The notes under the pieces: generated by a model
Database searches by the model: none
The model's input: the letters and a program-made list of their open reading frames with translations, nothing else
Told to the model about the DNA's origin: nothing
Shown here: positions 19,515-29,395 of the stretch, piece after piece
Position numbering within the stretch: position 1 is the first letter of the stretch
How the letters are laid out: each line of letters begins with the position of its first letter
Source: Alphaproteobacteria bacterium UBA828
GTDB taxonomy: Bacteria; Pseudomonadota; Alphaproteobacteria; UBA828
Direction of reading: 5' to 3'
NCBI GenBank assembly: GCA_002296185.1
Contig: DBHM01000006.1
Location: forward strand, 1,091-65,090
DNA length: 64,000 nucleotides
Position numbers and translations under genes: made by a program

Positions 19515-20909
19515 ATGCAAAATAGAAACTCAGCATCCGCAAGAGACGCAAAATATATGATTCATGGTTATTGCGATTTAGCTACTCAACGTAATAAAGG
19601 GCCCTCTGTGATTTCAGGAGGAAAAGGAATATTTGTATATGACGAGAATGGAACTCCCTTTCTTGAGGGTGCAGCTGGAATGTGGTGTACTGCCTTTGGC
19701 TTTGGAGATGAAGAGCTAATTCAAGCAGCAGTAGAACAACTGCATCGCCTTCCATATTATCATACATTAGCTTATAAATCAGTTAATCCTGCCATTGATT
19801 TATCTGAGCGCCTCTCAGAAATAGTACCGATTGATGAGGCAAAGGTCCACTTTGCGCTTTCCGGATCTGAGGCAAATGATTTCTTAATTAAATTCACCCG
19901 CTACTATAACAATGCTTTGGGCCGTGAAAAGAAAAAGAAAATTATTAGCCGTGTCAATGGGTTCCACGGAGCAACTATTGGAGCAGCAAGTCTTACAGGA
20001 ATACCTGTCAGCCATGAGGCATTCGATCTACCCATACCTGGCATAGTTCATGTATCTGAACCAAATTGGTTGCATAATTCTCAACCAGGAGAAAGCAAAA
20101 CTGAATACGCATCAAGACTTGCACATGAGTTAGAGGATATTATCCTGCGTGAAGGCCCAGATACCATTGCAGGGTTTATTGCTGAACCAATTACCGGCGC
20201 TGGTGGAGTAATTATTCCACCAGATACATATTACGAAAAGATACAGAAAGTACTCGACAGTTATGACATCATGTTTTTTGCTGATGAAGTCATCTGCGGT
20301 TTTGGGAGAACTGGCAATATGTGGGGATGCGAAACAATGGGAATTCGCCCCAATACCATGACTCTTGCTAAAGCCTTAACTTCTGCCTACCAACCACTAT
20401 CTGCACTTGTGATTGATAAAGAATTTTACTCTGGAATAGAAATGGGCTGCAACAAGATAGGCTACTTTGGACATGGGACTACTTATGGGGGGCACCCAGT
20501 TGCATGCGCAGTTGCTCTAAAAGTGATTGAGCTATTTGAACAGAGGAATATGTTATCTCATATAGCTCAAGTCTCAAAACATTTTAAAAGCAAAATAATG
20601 GAGTTTAAAGACCATCCCCTAGTAGGAGATGTTAGGTGTAAGGGTCTTCTAGGGGCCATAGAATTAGCCGAAGATAAAAAAAGGGGTAAATTTTTTAGCC
20701 CTGATGGATTGATTGCAAAAAGGGTTAAAGATAGAGCAGAAGAGCGTTATAAATTAATTTTCAGACAAGCTCCATGCGGTGATACATGCGCCTTTTCCCC
20801 CCCATTGATCATTAACGAAGAAGAAATAACTGAAATGTTCAAAAGATTTCGAAAAGCACTTGACGAAGTTTCATCAGAACTTCATCAAGAAGGGGTCATT
20901 GAGTTATAA
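19515..20909 (+). CDS. class III (omega) aminotransferase
   Basis: 464 aa with the FFADEVICGFGRTGNMWG motif, SGSEAND, and a PLP-Lys region (TLAKALTSAY). It is divergent from hyuAB. Confidence 0.85.
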   Translation: MQNRNSASARDAKYMIHGYCDLATQRNKGPSVISGGKGIFVYDENGTPFLEGAAGMWCTAFGFGDEELIQAAVEQLHRLPYYHTLAYKSVNPAIDLSERLSEIVPIDEAKVHFALSGSEANDFLIKFTRYYNNALGREKKKKIISRVNGFHGATIGAASLTGIPVSHEAFDLPIPGIVHVSEPNWLHNSQPGESKTEYASRLAHELEDIILREGPDTIAGFIAEPITGAGGVIIPPDTYYEKIQKVLDSYDIMFFADEVICGFGRTGNMWGCETMGIRPNTMTLAKALTSAYQPLSALVIDKEFYSGIEMGCNKIGYFGHGTTYGGHPVACAVALKVIELFEQRNMLSHIAQVSKHFKSKIMEFKDHPLVGDVRCKGLLGAIELAEDKKRGKFFSPDGLIAKRVKDRAEERYKLIFRQAPCGDTCAFSPPLIINEEEITEMFKRFRKALDEVSSELHQEGVIEL

Positions 20910-20964
20910 TAACCAATTAATACTTTTATGTTTACAAGAAATACAAAATCCACTGAATCTATAG

Positions 20965-21630
20965 TTAATCTTCGCCCCAAATTTTAATGCCAGCATGTTT
21001 AAAGGAAGTGCTTTTAGATATATTAAGTCTAATTAAAATAGGAGTCAGCGCTTCTATACAACGCGCACTTTCGGCAAGTCCACAGTTGTAAGCCTTAGCA
21101 CCAATCTTCTCTATTAAAGACATAACAGTATTTTTTGCCTCAAGGTTATTTCCACAGATCAATATATCACAATTAATTGGTTCATTAATATTATTAAGAA
21201 CTTTTGCTGAAACATTATGCAAAGCGCCTACAACATTAATATTTTCGCCAAGTAGGTTCTGGGCAGACTCAGTAGCTGACCCTTCTGGAGGCATATCAAC
21301 TTTTTTAGGATTATTTTCAGATAATGGTACTACAATATCAACTAGGATCTTACCCTCCATTGATTCCCGTATTGAATCTAATGTACTGTGATGAGCACTC
21401 CACGGTACAGATAATATAACAATTTCATGTGCTTCTTGCACAGCTTGTCGATTTTCTGCCCCTATTATCTTACTACATCTATCATTAAGCCTAGCATTAA
21501 GCGCAGCAGCCGCTTCTTTTGCTCTCTCGGCATCTCTTGAACCAATAACTACCTTTACACCAGCGCTTGCCAGGCGAAGTGCTAAGCCACTACCCTGTGG
21601 GCCACTTCCTCCAAGAATTGCTATACTCAT
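20965..21630 (-). CDS. npdG: NADPH-dependent F420 reductase
   Basis: 221 aa with N-terminus [33 protein letters not shown], typical of NpdG/Fno. Its ATG overlaps the cofE stop (ATGA at 21627-21630). Confidence 0.8.
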   Translation of the reverse strand: MSIAILGGSGPQGSGLALRLASAGVKVVIGSRDAERAKEAAAALNARLNDRCSKIIGAENRQAVQEAHEIVILSVPWSAHHSTLDSIRESMEGKILVDIVVPLSENNPKKVDMPPEGSATESAQNLLGENINVVGALHNVSAKVLNNINEPINCDILICGNNLEAKNTVMSLIEKIGAKAYNCGLAESARCIEALTPILIRLNISKSTSFKHAGIKIWGED

Positions 21631-22397
21631 CTAAAAAGATCCTCCTTTTGTGCTCTTATAAGATCCCTAGCACTGTTATCACCAGGAATCCATTCTAAAC
21701 CACGACAAAGAATAATAGGGACCTTACCACCCTTAGTCATTAATAATCCTGATGAAGCTGCAATCTCATCTGCAAAAGCAGGTTGAGTAACACGTAATTT
21801 ATATCCGAAAGCATCTTCAGCACCCTTTAATGTGGGAGCTGCTGGAACACCTGCAAGGCCTATAGCAACATTTAGCTGGCCAATTCTCCACGCTCTCCCA
21901 AAAGTATCTGATATAATTACACCAATTGGGTTTACCCCGCTAAAATTTTCTAATTTAGAACGTAATTCTCTTGCTGATTGATCTGGATTCTGGGGTAAGA
22001 GAAGGCAGGATTCATCTTGCTCGATATTTGATTCATCTATACATGAATTTGCGCTTATAAAACCCAATTTGTGCTCGGTAATAATAACCCCTTCATCTTG
22101 ATCAGGTCGATCTATCGCGCGTATCACCTGTTTGCACTCACTTAAAATAACTTCGACCTTCCGCGGATCCTTCCTTACTTTCCTTGCAAGCTCTATGGCT
22201 CTAGAAGAAGGTTTAATATCTTTATAAGATACTATCCTCCCCTCTGACTTCGAAACTATTTTATGTGCGACAACAAAGATATCTCCTGGACAGCATTGAA
22301 TCTTTCCATTTTTAAGGGTAGCTAAAAGAATTTCACCAATATTATCATGCAAGTTAATGTTAGGAATTCCCTTTATAGCATGAAGCTCAACCTTCAT
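21627..22397 (-). CDS. cofE: coenzyme F420-0:L-glutamate ligase (stand-alone CofE, no FbiB C-terminal domain)
   Basis: It carries the [19 protein letters not shown] motif. I placed the start at ATG 22397 ([10 protein letters not shown]), which forms an ATGA overlap with the cofC stop. At 256 aa it is only the ligase domain. Confidence 0.85.
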   Translation of the reverse strand: MKVELHAIKGIPNINLHDNIGEILLATLKNGKIQCCPGDIFVVAHKIVSKSEGRIVSYKDIKPSSRAIELARKVRKDPRKVEVILSECKQVIRAIDRPDQDEGVIITEHKLGFISANSCIDESNIEQDESCLLLPQNPDQSARELRSKLENFSGVNPIGVIISDTFGRAWRIGQLNVAIGLAGVPAAPTLKGAEDAFGYKLRVTQPAFADEIAASSGLLMTKGGKVPIILCRGLEWIPGDNSARDLIRAQKEDLFR

Positions 22398-23044
22398 GGC
22401 GATGTCAGACCCCATCTTTCGAAATAATCAATTAAGGGCCCATTAGGCATTATACGCATGTATTCTTTTACATCCTTCTTAGTATCTAAATCTAATCCAA
22501 TGCCCGGAAGACGAAGGACGGTTACGTCTGCACCTACCTTAAATGCTTCTTCCTGATGCAAAAAACTGCTATTCTTTCCATAACGGTGAGAAATAACACC
22601 TGGGGGTGACTCTAACATAGCGTTGGTACCTCCATCGCTGAAGGCTTTTGCAATAACAACTTGAGGTGGCGTAATTTTTGAATCTATTAATTCACTAAAT
22701 TCGGCCCTATCTAAAATACCTATGTCAGAGTGAACAATCAATTGCGAACTAAAACCCATAGAACAACTAATTTTTGTTGCAGAATCAACAGCTTTATTCA
22801 GCCCATGACCTGGATCTTTGAGTGGGAAGGCTCCAAATTCTTTGGCCTCTAGAGCTATATCGCTTGAGTCTGTTACAACCGTTAAATGCGTGCATGGCCA
22901 TTCACTACGAAAAAATGCAAGAGACCTTCGGTATAATAATAGTGATAGCTGTGACCTTTGTGAGTCACTCAGAAATGGGGCTAACCTATTCTTAGCCTTC
23001 TCGGGGCTGCGTACAGGCAAAACAATATTTAATTTCTTTTTCAT
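22394..23044 (-). CDS. cofC: 2-phospho-L-lactate (or related) guanylyltransferase CofC/FbiD
   Basis: 216 aa with N-terminus NIVLPVRSPEKAKNRLAPFLS, matching the CofC pattern iPvk..aKtRL. It sits between cofD and cofE. Confidence 0.75.
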   Translation of the reverse strand: MKKKLNIVLPVRSPEKAKNRLAPFLSDSQRSQLSLLLYRRSLAFFRSEWPCTHLTVVTDSSDIALEAKEFGAFPLKDPGHGLNKAVDSATKISCSMGFSSQLIVHSDIGILDRAEFSELIDSKITPPQVVIAKAFSDGGTNAMLESPPGVISHRYGKNSSFLHQEEAFKVGADVTVLRLPGIGLDLDTKKDVKEYMRIMPNGPLIDYFERWGLTSP

Positions 23045-23049
23045 AAATC

Positions 23050-23994
23050 TTATGAGGGACCTTTCCCATGGGCTCTGTCGAGAATAGCTCTTGCAAGATC
23101 CTTTTTATCCTTCCTATCATTCATGATTGTTTTCTCAACCCACACACAACAATTATAACTTTCAATAGTAGATATTAAACCCTCATCAATATAATCAATA
23201 ACTATTGCGTCGATTATATCATTATATAATTCAGTCACTCCAACTGCATCAGGTCTATGACCAAGAGAAGTCATCATTTGTGCTGCTGGACCTTTAATTG
23301 CTCTACCTCCGACTAAAGGAGACACAGCAACGCAGAGAGCGCTACTCTCAACAATTGCTTGTCTTAAACCGTTTATGGATAAAATAGGACCAATACTTAC
23401 AATAGGATTAGAAGGGGCTATGACAATTAAGCTTGCATTTTCTATAGCTATCATTGCCTCAGGTGTCAGTTTAGCCTCTTCTTGACCCAATATAGAGATA
23501 CTATTAACTACAGGTTTACATTTATCTCGAACAAAATATTCCTGGAAAGCCATAGACCCGTTAGGGGTATTTATACGTGTGTGTAAAGGGTCATCAGTCG
23601 GTAAAATTAAATCAATATTAACTCCTAAAGAGTTAGCTATATCACGTGCAATATCTGAGGGCCTATCCCCAGCATTGCGCCGGAAAGTTCTATAAATATG
23701 TAGACCAAGGTCTTGGTCACCTAACTGCATCCACGTATCATGGCCAAGCTTATCTAGGACAAAAAGAGCACGAAAAGTTTCCTCTTTGACACCCCAGCCT
23801 TTGTCTGTATCTATTAACTCAGCAAGGGTATATGTGATTGTATCAATATCTGGTGAAACCCATAGACCATGAAATTCCCAATCATCAGCAACATTTCCTA
23901 TTACTTTTAAGTCCGAAGGAGAGCAGACGTCAGCGAAGCCCTGGACCATCTTTGCTCCGCCAACGCCTCCAGCAAGCACAACAACTTTAGACAT
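23050..23994 (-). CDS. cofD: 2-phospho-L-lactate transferase CofD/FbiA
   Basis: 314 aa with N-terminus VVVLAGGVGGAKMVQGF and a typical CofD length. It lies 5 nt upstream of cofC. Confidence 0.85.
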   Translation of the reverse strand: MSKVVVLAGGVGGAKMVQGFADVCSPSDLKVIGNVADDWEFHGLWVSPDIDTITYTLAELIDTDKGWGVKEETFRALFVLDKLGHDTWMQLGDQDLGLHIYRTFRRNAGDRPSDIARDIANSLGVNIDLILPTDDPLHTRINTPNGSMAFQEYFVRDKCKPVVNSISILGQEEAKLTPEAMIAIENASLIVIAPSNPIVSIGPILSINGLRQAIVESSALCVAVSPLVGGRAIKGPAAQMMTSLGHRPDAVGVTELYNDIIDAIVIDYIDEGLISTIESYNCCVWVEKTIMNDRKDKKDLARAILDRAHGKGPS

Positions 23995-24012
23995 TTTTAG
24001 CTCTCTATACCG

Positions 24013-25296
24013 TCAGACTAACCAGGACCGACTTGCAAGAGCTTCAGTCTCGCTAGTTCCGGATCTTGCAACTAAAGGCTTGAACTCGCCAGCGTCACGA
24101 TCATTATAAGAAGCTATTTCCTTGTATAATGTGGTTCTTTGTACGGGAATCCTGCCTGCTCCACGAATAATCCCCGTCATTTCACGTGGCATTACTTCCT
24201 GCCCCCAACGTGCGCCAGCTGAACGAGATATTGACTCGTTCATCAACGTCCCGCCAAAATCGTTTGCTCCACACTTTAGTATTTTTTGCGCAAGACTTGG
24301 CCCCAATTTAACCCATGAAACCTGAATATTATCCACCCAACCCCTTAACATTAGTCTAGCGATAGCATGCATCTTAATATTCTCATCTTCTGTTGGACCC
24401 GGCCTAACCCCAGAAATATTCTTGTATAAAGGTGATTCATCATGAATAAATCCTAGTGGAACAAATTCTGTAAATCCGCCAGTATCTTTTTGTATATCTC
24501 TAATTAATGCAATATGTGATACCCAATGTTCAGGACCGTCTATATGGCCATACATTATTGTAGCCGTTGAATGGAGACCTACACCGTGCGCAGACTTAAT
24601 AATCTCCACCCATTTATCTGCACTTAATTTATTCTGAGTTAGCACTTTACGAACATTTGTATCGAGTATTTCTGCTGCTGTTCCTGGAATCGATCCAAGA
24701 CCATTTTCCTTAAGGTCACTTAAGAACTCATCGTATTCCATCCGAGATTTCTTTGCTCCATACCATATTTCAAATGGAGAAAATGCATGAATATGAATGT
24801 CTGGAACCTCTTTTTTAATTACCTGCAATATATCTTTATAATAGCTCCCAGGTATTTTCGGATTTAACCCACCTTGAATACATACCTCTGTTGCACCACG
24901 AGACCATGCCTCAGCTGCTCGACGCGCAACTTCATCCAAGGGAAGAAGCTCTGCTCCCTCCTCGTCAGACCGCTTTGCAAAATTGCAAAATTTGCATCCC
25001 ATATAACAAATATTTGTGAAATTTATATTTCGATTTACGACAAATGTCACTTTCTGACCTACCGCTTCGGATCTAAATTTATCAGCAACTGCAATAAGGG
25101 CGACATAATCAGCACCAGAACAATTAAATAGCTTTACAGCATCTTGCCTAGAAAGCTCGCCTCCATTAAGCAAACTTTCTAAGATGCTTCTTATTGGGTT
25201 TCTAGCACGCCGCAATAATATAGAAAGATCCATATTATCTATGCCCCCATTCTCGAAAAAAGATGCTAGATCATAGTTCTGTATGGAGCTTTTCAT
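24013..25296 (-). CDS. cofH: FO synthase subunit 2 (radical SAM)
   Basis: 427 aa with the radical-SAM CxxxCxxC motif (CYMGCKFCNF). There is an ATGA overlap with the cofG stop at 25293-25296. Confidence 0.85.
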   Translation of the reverse strand: MKSSIQNYDLASFFENGGIDNMDLSILLRRARNPIRSILESLLNGGELSRQDAVKLFNCSGADYVALIAVADKFRSEAVGQKVTFVVNRNINFTNICYMGCKFCNFAKRSDEEGAELLPLDEVARRAAEAWSRGATEVCIQGGLNPKIPGSYYKDILQVIKKEVPDIHIHAFSPFEIWYGAKKSRMEYDEFLSDLKENGLGSIPGTAAEILDTNVRKVLTQNKLSADKWVEIIKSAHGVGLHSTATIMYGHIDGPEHWVSHIALIRDIQKDTGGFTEFVPLGFIHDESPLYKNISGVRPGPTEDENIKMHAIARLMLRGWVDNIQVSWVKLGPSLAQKILKCGANDFGGTLMNESISRSAGARWGQEVMPREMTGIIRGAGRIPVQRTTLYKEIASYNDRDAGEFKPLVARSGTSETEALASRSWLV

Positions 25297-26429
25297 CTTA
25301 CCCTACCTTCAATTTCCGAACTTTGCATCAATACCTCAATTTTCCCAGAAAGGCCTGGATCTAAAAATTCATGAGATTTTTCTACATAACGTGGATATAC
25401 AGTCAATCTCTCAGATAATTTATAACCTTTTTCTTCTAAATCGCTAGCTAGAGTATCTATCATAGGCCAGGCACATTCAGGATTAATATAATCCATTGTT
25501 AGAGGTGAAATTCCGCCCCAGTCATTGATACCACTATCAATATAATCCAAATATTTTTCAGAGAGGTTTGGGGGCGCCTGCAGACTTATCTCTAAAGGAA
25601 GCATAAGACGCGCAACAGCGATAGTACGAAGCATATCCTCATGATCTGGCTCCTTAAAATTTTGCATAAGTGTACCAGGTTTAGCTCTAAAGTTCTGGAC
25701 AATAACTTCTTGAATATGGCCGTATCGTTTATGAAGACTAGCTATAGCTGACAAGGTCTCTAATCTTTCCAGCCAAGTCTCACCTATACCAATTAAAATA
25801 CCGGTAGTAAAAGGTACACTTAGTTTTCCAGCTCTTTCTAGGGTTCTTAATCTCTGCACGGGAACCTTATCAGGACAAGAGAAGTGAGCATTACCAGGAC
25901 GATTTAGTCGACGCGAAATATTCTCGAGCATCATTCCCATACTCGCACTTACAGGCTTTAAAAGACGTAGATCGGACTCACTCAGAGTTCCAGCATTCAC
26001 ATGGGGTAGTAAACTACTTTCTTTTAGCACCCTGGCGCAAATAGCATGCAAATATTCAATCATGGTATTAAAACCAAGTCCTGCTAGTTCCTTTCTTACT
26101 TGCTCATAACGTAATTCTGGCTTTTCCCCTAAGCTGAACAATACTTCTTTAGCTTTAACCTCCATACCACCAGATACTACTTTCATAACCTGTTCAGGTG
26201 TCATTATTCGCGCACCATCTTCACCAGGACGCTTAACGAAAGTGCAATATCCACACTCATCTCGACAATAATTTGTAAGAGGAACAAATACTTTCCTAGA
26301 ATAGGTTATTGTCTTACCCCAATATTGGTCCCTAAAAGACGCAGCCTCAGCACATATTTGTTTTAACCCGCCCCCAGTCAGCGAATCAAAATTGCTGAAT
26401 TCTTCAACATTACGTCCCATGAAGCTCAT
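25293..26429 (-). CDS. cofG: FO synthase subunit 1 (radical SAM)
   Basis: 378 aa with the CxxxCxxC motif (CRDECGYCTF). It is the first gene of the cof string. Confidence 0.85.
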   Translation of the reverse strand: MSFMGRNVEEFSNFDSLTGGGLKQICAEAASFRDQYWGKTITYSRKVFVPLTNYCRDECGYCTFVKRPGEDGARIMTPEQVMKVVSGGMEVKAKEVLFSLGEKPELRYEQVRKELAGLGFNTMIEYLHAICARVLKESSLLPHVNAGTLSESDLRLLKPVSASMGMMLENISRRLNRPGNAHFSCPDKVPVQRLRTLERAGKLSVPFTTGILIGIGETWLERLETLSAIASLHKRYGHIQEVIVQNFRAKPGTLMQNFKEPDHEDMLRTIAVARLMLPLEISLQAPPNLSEKYLDYIDSGINDWGGISPLTMDYINPECAWPMIDTLASDLEEKGYKLSERLTVYPRYVEKSHEFLDPGLSGKIEVLMQSSEIEGRVR

Positions 26430-26733
26430 TTTTTAAAATTCCATACCATTTCGATATTATTTACACTTAAAAATGGAAAAGTCGTATAGTGTTAAGACCA
26501 CCAGACCTGTCTGATATGGTCAAGTCTTTTTAGGGCTATATCATATTGATATTTAGATAAAATTATATGAAATGACAATACACAACACCTATGATCAAAT
26601 TATGTTTAAAATAGGATATAAATAACCTTAAAATACTACATAAATCTTCAAAAGTAATTCTGAAACAAAATTGAGGATTTTGGTCATATTTTAGGCCAAA
26701 TAGTCCGGAATGAATAAAAGAAGGAATATATAG

Positions 26734-27702
26734 ATGGAATTTGGATTTAACATCCCAAACGGTGGAGAGCTCGCTAATAATGAATCTATTGTATCCATTT
26801 CGCGAAAGGGAGAAGACTGTGGTTTTAACTTGCTAGCTATCCCTGATCATATAATTATCCCAAAAGCTATAGGCGATAACTATCCTTATTCTGCAGATGG
26901 GAAATTAAACTTTTCTACTCTTGCAGGTGGAATGTGCCTAGAACCGCTAGCAATGATGGCCGCAGTAGCAGCGCAAACTACAACTGCCCATATCCTGACC
27001 TCTGTAATGGTAGTTCCATATCGTGAACCAATGCTTACGGCTAAACTCATTTCTACAATTGACCACCTTTCTGGAGGAAGAACTATTCTAGGGTGTGGAG
27101 CAGGCTGGATGCCCGAAGAGTTTGATGCATTAGAAACTCCACCTTTTAAAGAAAGAGGTAAAGTTACTGATGAATATATCGATATTTTCCGTGAACTTTG
27201 GACTAAGGATGAACCTAAATTTGAAGGAGACTATCGTAAATTCAAAGATATTTATTTTTCTCCTAAACCAGTCCAAAACCCCCACCCCCCTATCTGGATT
27301 GGCGGAGAAAGCAAAGCTGCCATGCGACGTGCCGCAAAACGAGGAGATGCCTGGTTTCCAATAGGGTGCAATCCCAAAAGTCCTCTTGACACCATGAGTA
27401 AATATAAAATAGCAAGAGCTACTATACGTTCTATATGCGACATGGAAGCGCGAGACCCTGATAGCCTAGAACTTGCATATTGGTCTGTATGGACTTCTTG
27501 TGCAGGAGAACCTGTTACCCTTGAAGACGGGGAAAGAATGATGCTAACAGGCAGCATCGATACATTAGTTGATGATATTGAGGAATTAAAAGGGCTAGGT
27601 GTTAGCAAACTACTGTTTAATTTTCTTAGTGATACTGAGAACGAAACACTAGATAAAATTGAAGCGTTTAGTAAGGATGTATTATCAAAAGTTTCCGCTT
27701 AA
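26734..27702 (+). CDS. LLM-class (luciferase-like) flavin/F420-dependent oxidoreductase
   Basis: 322 aa with TIM-barrel LLM features (LAIPDH...GGRTILGCGAGWMPEEF; PPIWIGGES). It is divergent from cofG. Confidence 0.8.
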   Translation: MEFGFNIPNGGELANNESIVSISRKGEDCGFNLLAIPDHIIIPKAIGDNYPYSADGKLNFSTLAGGMCLEPLAMMAAVAAQTTTAHILTSVMVVPYREPMLTAKLISTIDHLSGGRTILGCGAGWMPEEFDALETPPFKERGKVTDEYIDIFRELWTKDEPKFEGDYRKFKDIYFSPKPVQNPHPPIWIGGESKAAMRRAAKRGDAWFPIGCNPKSPLDTMSKYKIARATIRSICDMEARDPDSLELAYWSVWTSCAGEPVTLEDGERMMLTGSIDTLVDDIEELKGLGVSKLLFNFLSDTENETLDKIEAFSKDVLSKVSA

Positions 27703-27748
27703 ATGTATTTTAATATTATTATGTGATCATATCTAAAGAGAAAAATAT

Positions 27749-27774
27749 ATCGGGATAGCCTTGGCTATCCCGAT
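27749..27774. terminator. hairpin between convergent genes
   Basis: ATCGGGATAGCC-TT-GGCTATCCCGAT has perfect 12-nt arms. On the minus-strand RNA it is followed by AUAUUUUUCUCUUU, so it is at least a terminator for the aminotransferase gene ending at 27835. Confidence 0.65.
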
Positions 27775-27834
27775 AGAAGACTCAATAAAAATTATTTATA
27801 GACTGACACTCAAATTTATCTCAAATATTTTTAC

Positions 27835-29178
27835 TTACCCGAGGACAGTCTTAGTAGATTCTGCCACAATGTTTACTATATCATCCAACGTAGATTCTTC
27901 AGTTACTATAGGAGGAGCTAAAAGATAAGCATCATTCCTTATTCGCGAAAATAATCCACGCTTTATGCATTCGGCATTAATTTTAGCGCCCACCCCATCT
28001 TCAGGCTTGAAAAGCTCTTTTGTACTTCTATCCTTAACATATTCAATACCGCACATTAACCCTAGCCCTCTAACCTCTCCAACATTAGGGTGATCAGATA
28101 AGGCATCTTTAAGGCCAACTAATAGACGCTTTCCTTTCTCAGCTGCTTGCTTTGGAAAATCTTCTTTTTCAACAAGACCTATCATTGCATTTGCGATTGC
28201 GCACCCAGTAGGGTGAGCAGAATATGTATATGCATGCATCCAAGGCTTTCCGCTCTGATTCATAGTTTCAGCAATCTCGTCGCTTACACCTATTCCGCCT
28301 AATGAAAAGTAACCAGATGTAATAGCCTTAGCAAATTGAATCATATCAGGCTTCACATCCCAATGTTCTAATCCAAACATTTTACCTGTTCGTCCAAAAC
28401 CAGTTATCACCTCATCAGAAACCATTAGAACATCGTATTTAGTGCATATTTCACGGATTCTTGCAAAATAGTCATTCTGAGGAACTATTACCCCACCCGC
28501 TCCCTGAACTGGCTCAGCAATAAACATTGCCACGGTATCTGCCCCCTCAGCTAATATTGCCTTTTCGAGTTCGTTCGCAGCGGCGATTCCCTGACTCTCT
28601 CCTTCGGGGGCGTCATAAAAATAAGGATATGGTCCAGGTATATGAGCAAATCCAGGAATACGTGGCTCAAACATTGGCCAATAATAATTCATTCCGGTTG
28701 CACACATTGCCGCAAAGGTAACTCCATGATAGCCACCAACACGAGAAATCACTTTGGTTTTTTCAGGCTTACCTCTAACTTTCCAATAATAGCGGGCCAT
28801 TTTAATGTTACTATCTGTTGATTCACCGCCACCAGACGTGAAGAAGAAATTATTGATATTGGGATAAGTTATTCTTGCTAAATTTTCCCCAAGGGCTATT
28901 GCCTGTGGGTTGGAGCTACCCGCGTAACCAGAAGCGAATGCCATTGTTTCAAGCTGAGTTTTCCCGGCCTCTATAAGCTCCCTGCGACCATTTCCAGCAG
29001 TATTATTCCAAAGCCCAGAAAGTCCGTCTATAAATTTATCGCCGTTAGCATCAACTAAATATGCGCCTTCACCTCCAATCCAAACTTTTCCTTTTGCATG
29101 AATAGTATGACTGTGAAGAGAGTGAATTAGGTGCGCAGAATCACGTTCAAGTAAGGCTGCCTCAGCATTATTAGACAT
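27835..29178 (-). CDS. class III (omega) aminotransferase
   Basis: 447 aa with MVSDEVITGFGRTGKMFG and a FAKAITSGY PLP-Lys region. It is the second paralogue in the window. Confidence 0.85.
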   Translation of the reverse strand: MSNNAEAALLERDSAHLIHSLHSHTIHAKGKVWIGGEGAYLVDANGDKFIDGLSGLWNNTAGNGRRELIEAGKTQLETMAFASGYAGSSNPQAIALGENLARITYPNINNFFFTSGGGESTDSNIKMARYYWKVRGKPEKTKVISRVGGYHGVTFAAMCATGMNYYWPMFEPRIPGFAHIPGPYPYFYDAPEGESQGIAAANELEKAILAEGADTVAMFIAEPVQGAGGVIVPQNDYFARIREICTKYDVLMVSDEVITGFGRTGKMFGLEHWDVKPDMIQFAKAITSGYFSLGGIGVSDEIAETMNQSGKPWMHAYTYSAHPTGCAIANAMIGLVEKEDFPKQAAEKGKRLLVGLKDALSDHPNVGEVRGLGLMCGIEYVKDRSTKELFKPEDGVGAKINAECIKRGLFSRIRNDAYLLAPPIVTEESTLDDIVNIVAESTKTVLG

Positions 29179-29395
29179 GTATATTCTCCTGATACTAATG
29201 TTTATTTGCCATAAAATCTAAAATTAAAACCACGATATATCTGATATTAATATATCATAGATAATTCAAATCTAAACTTATTAATATAAAATCAATAAAA
29301 AACTGAGTACCTTCTCGACCATTAATTAAATAGAAGATATAAATTTAATAATGCATTAAGATTCCCCTAAAACTTTAAGAAAGGATAGATTATCA

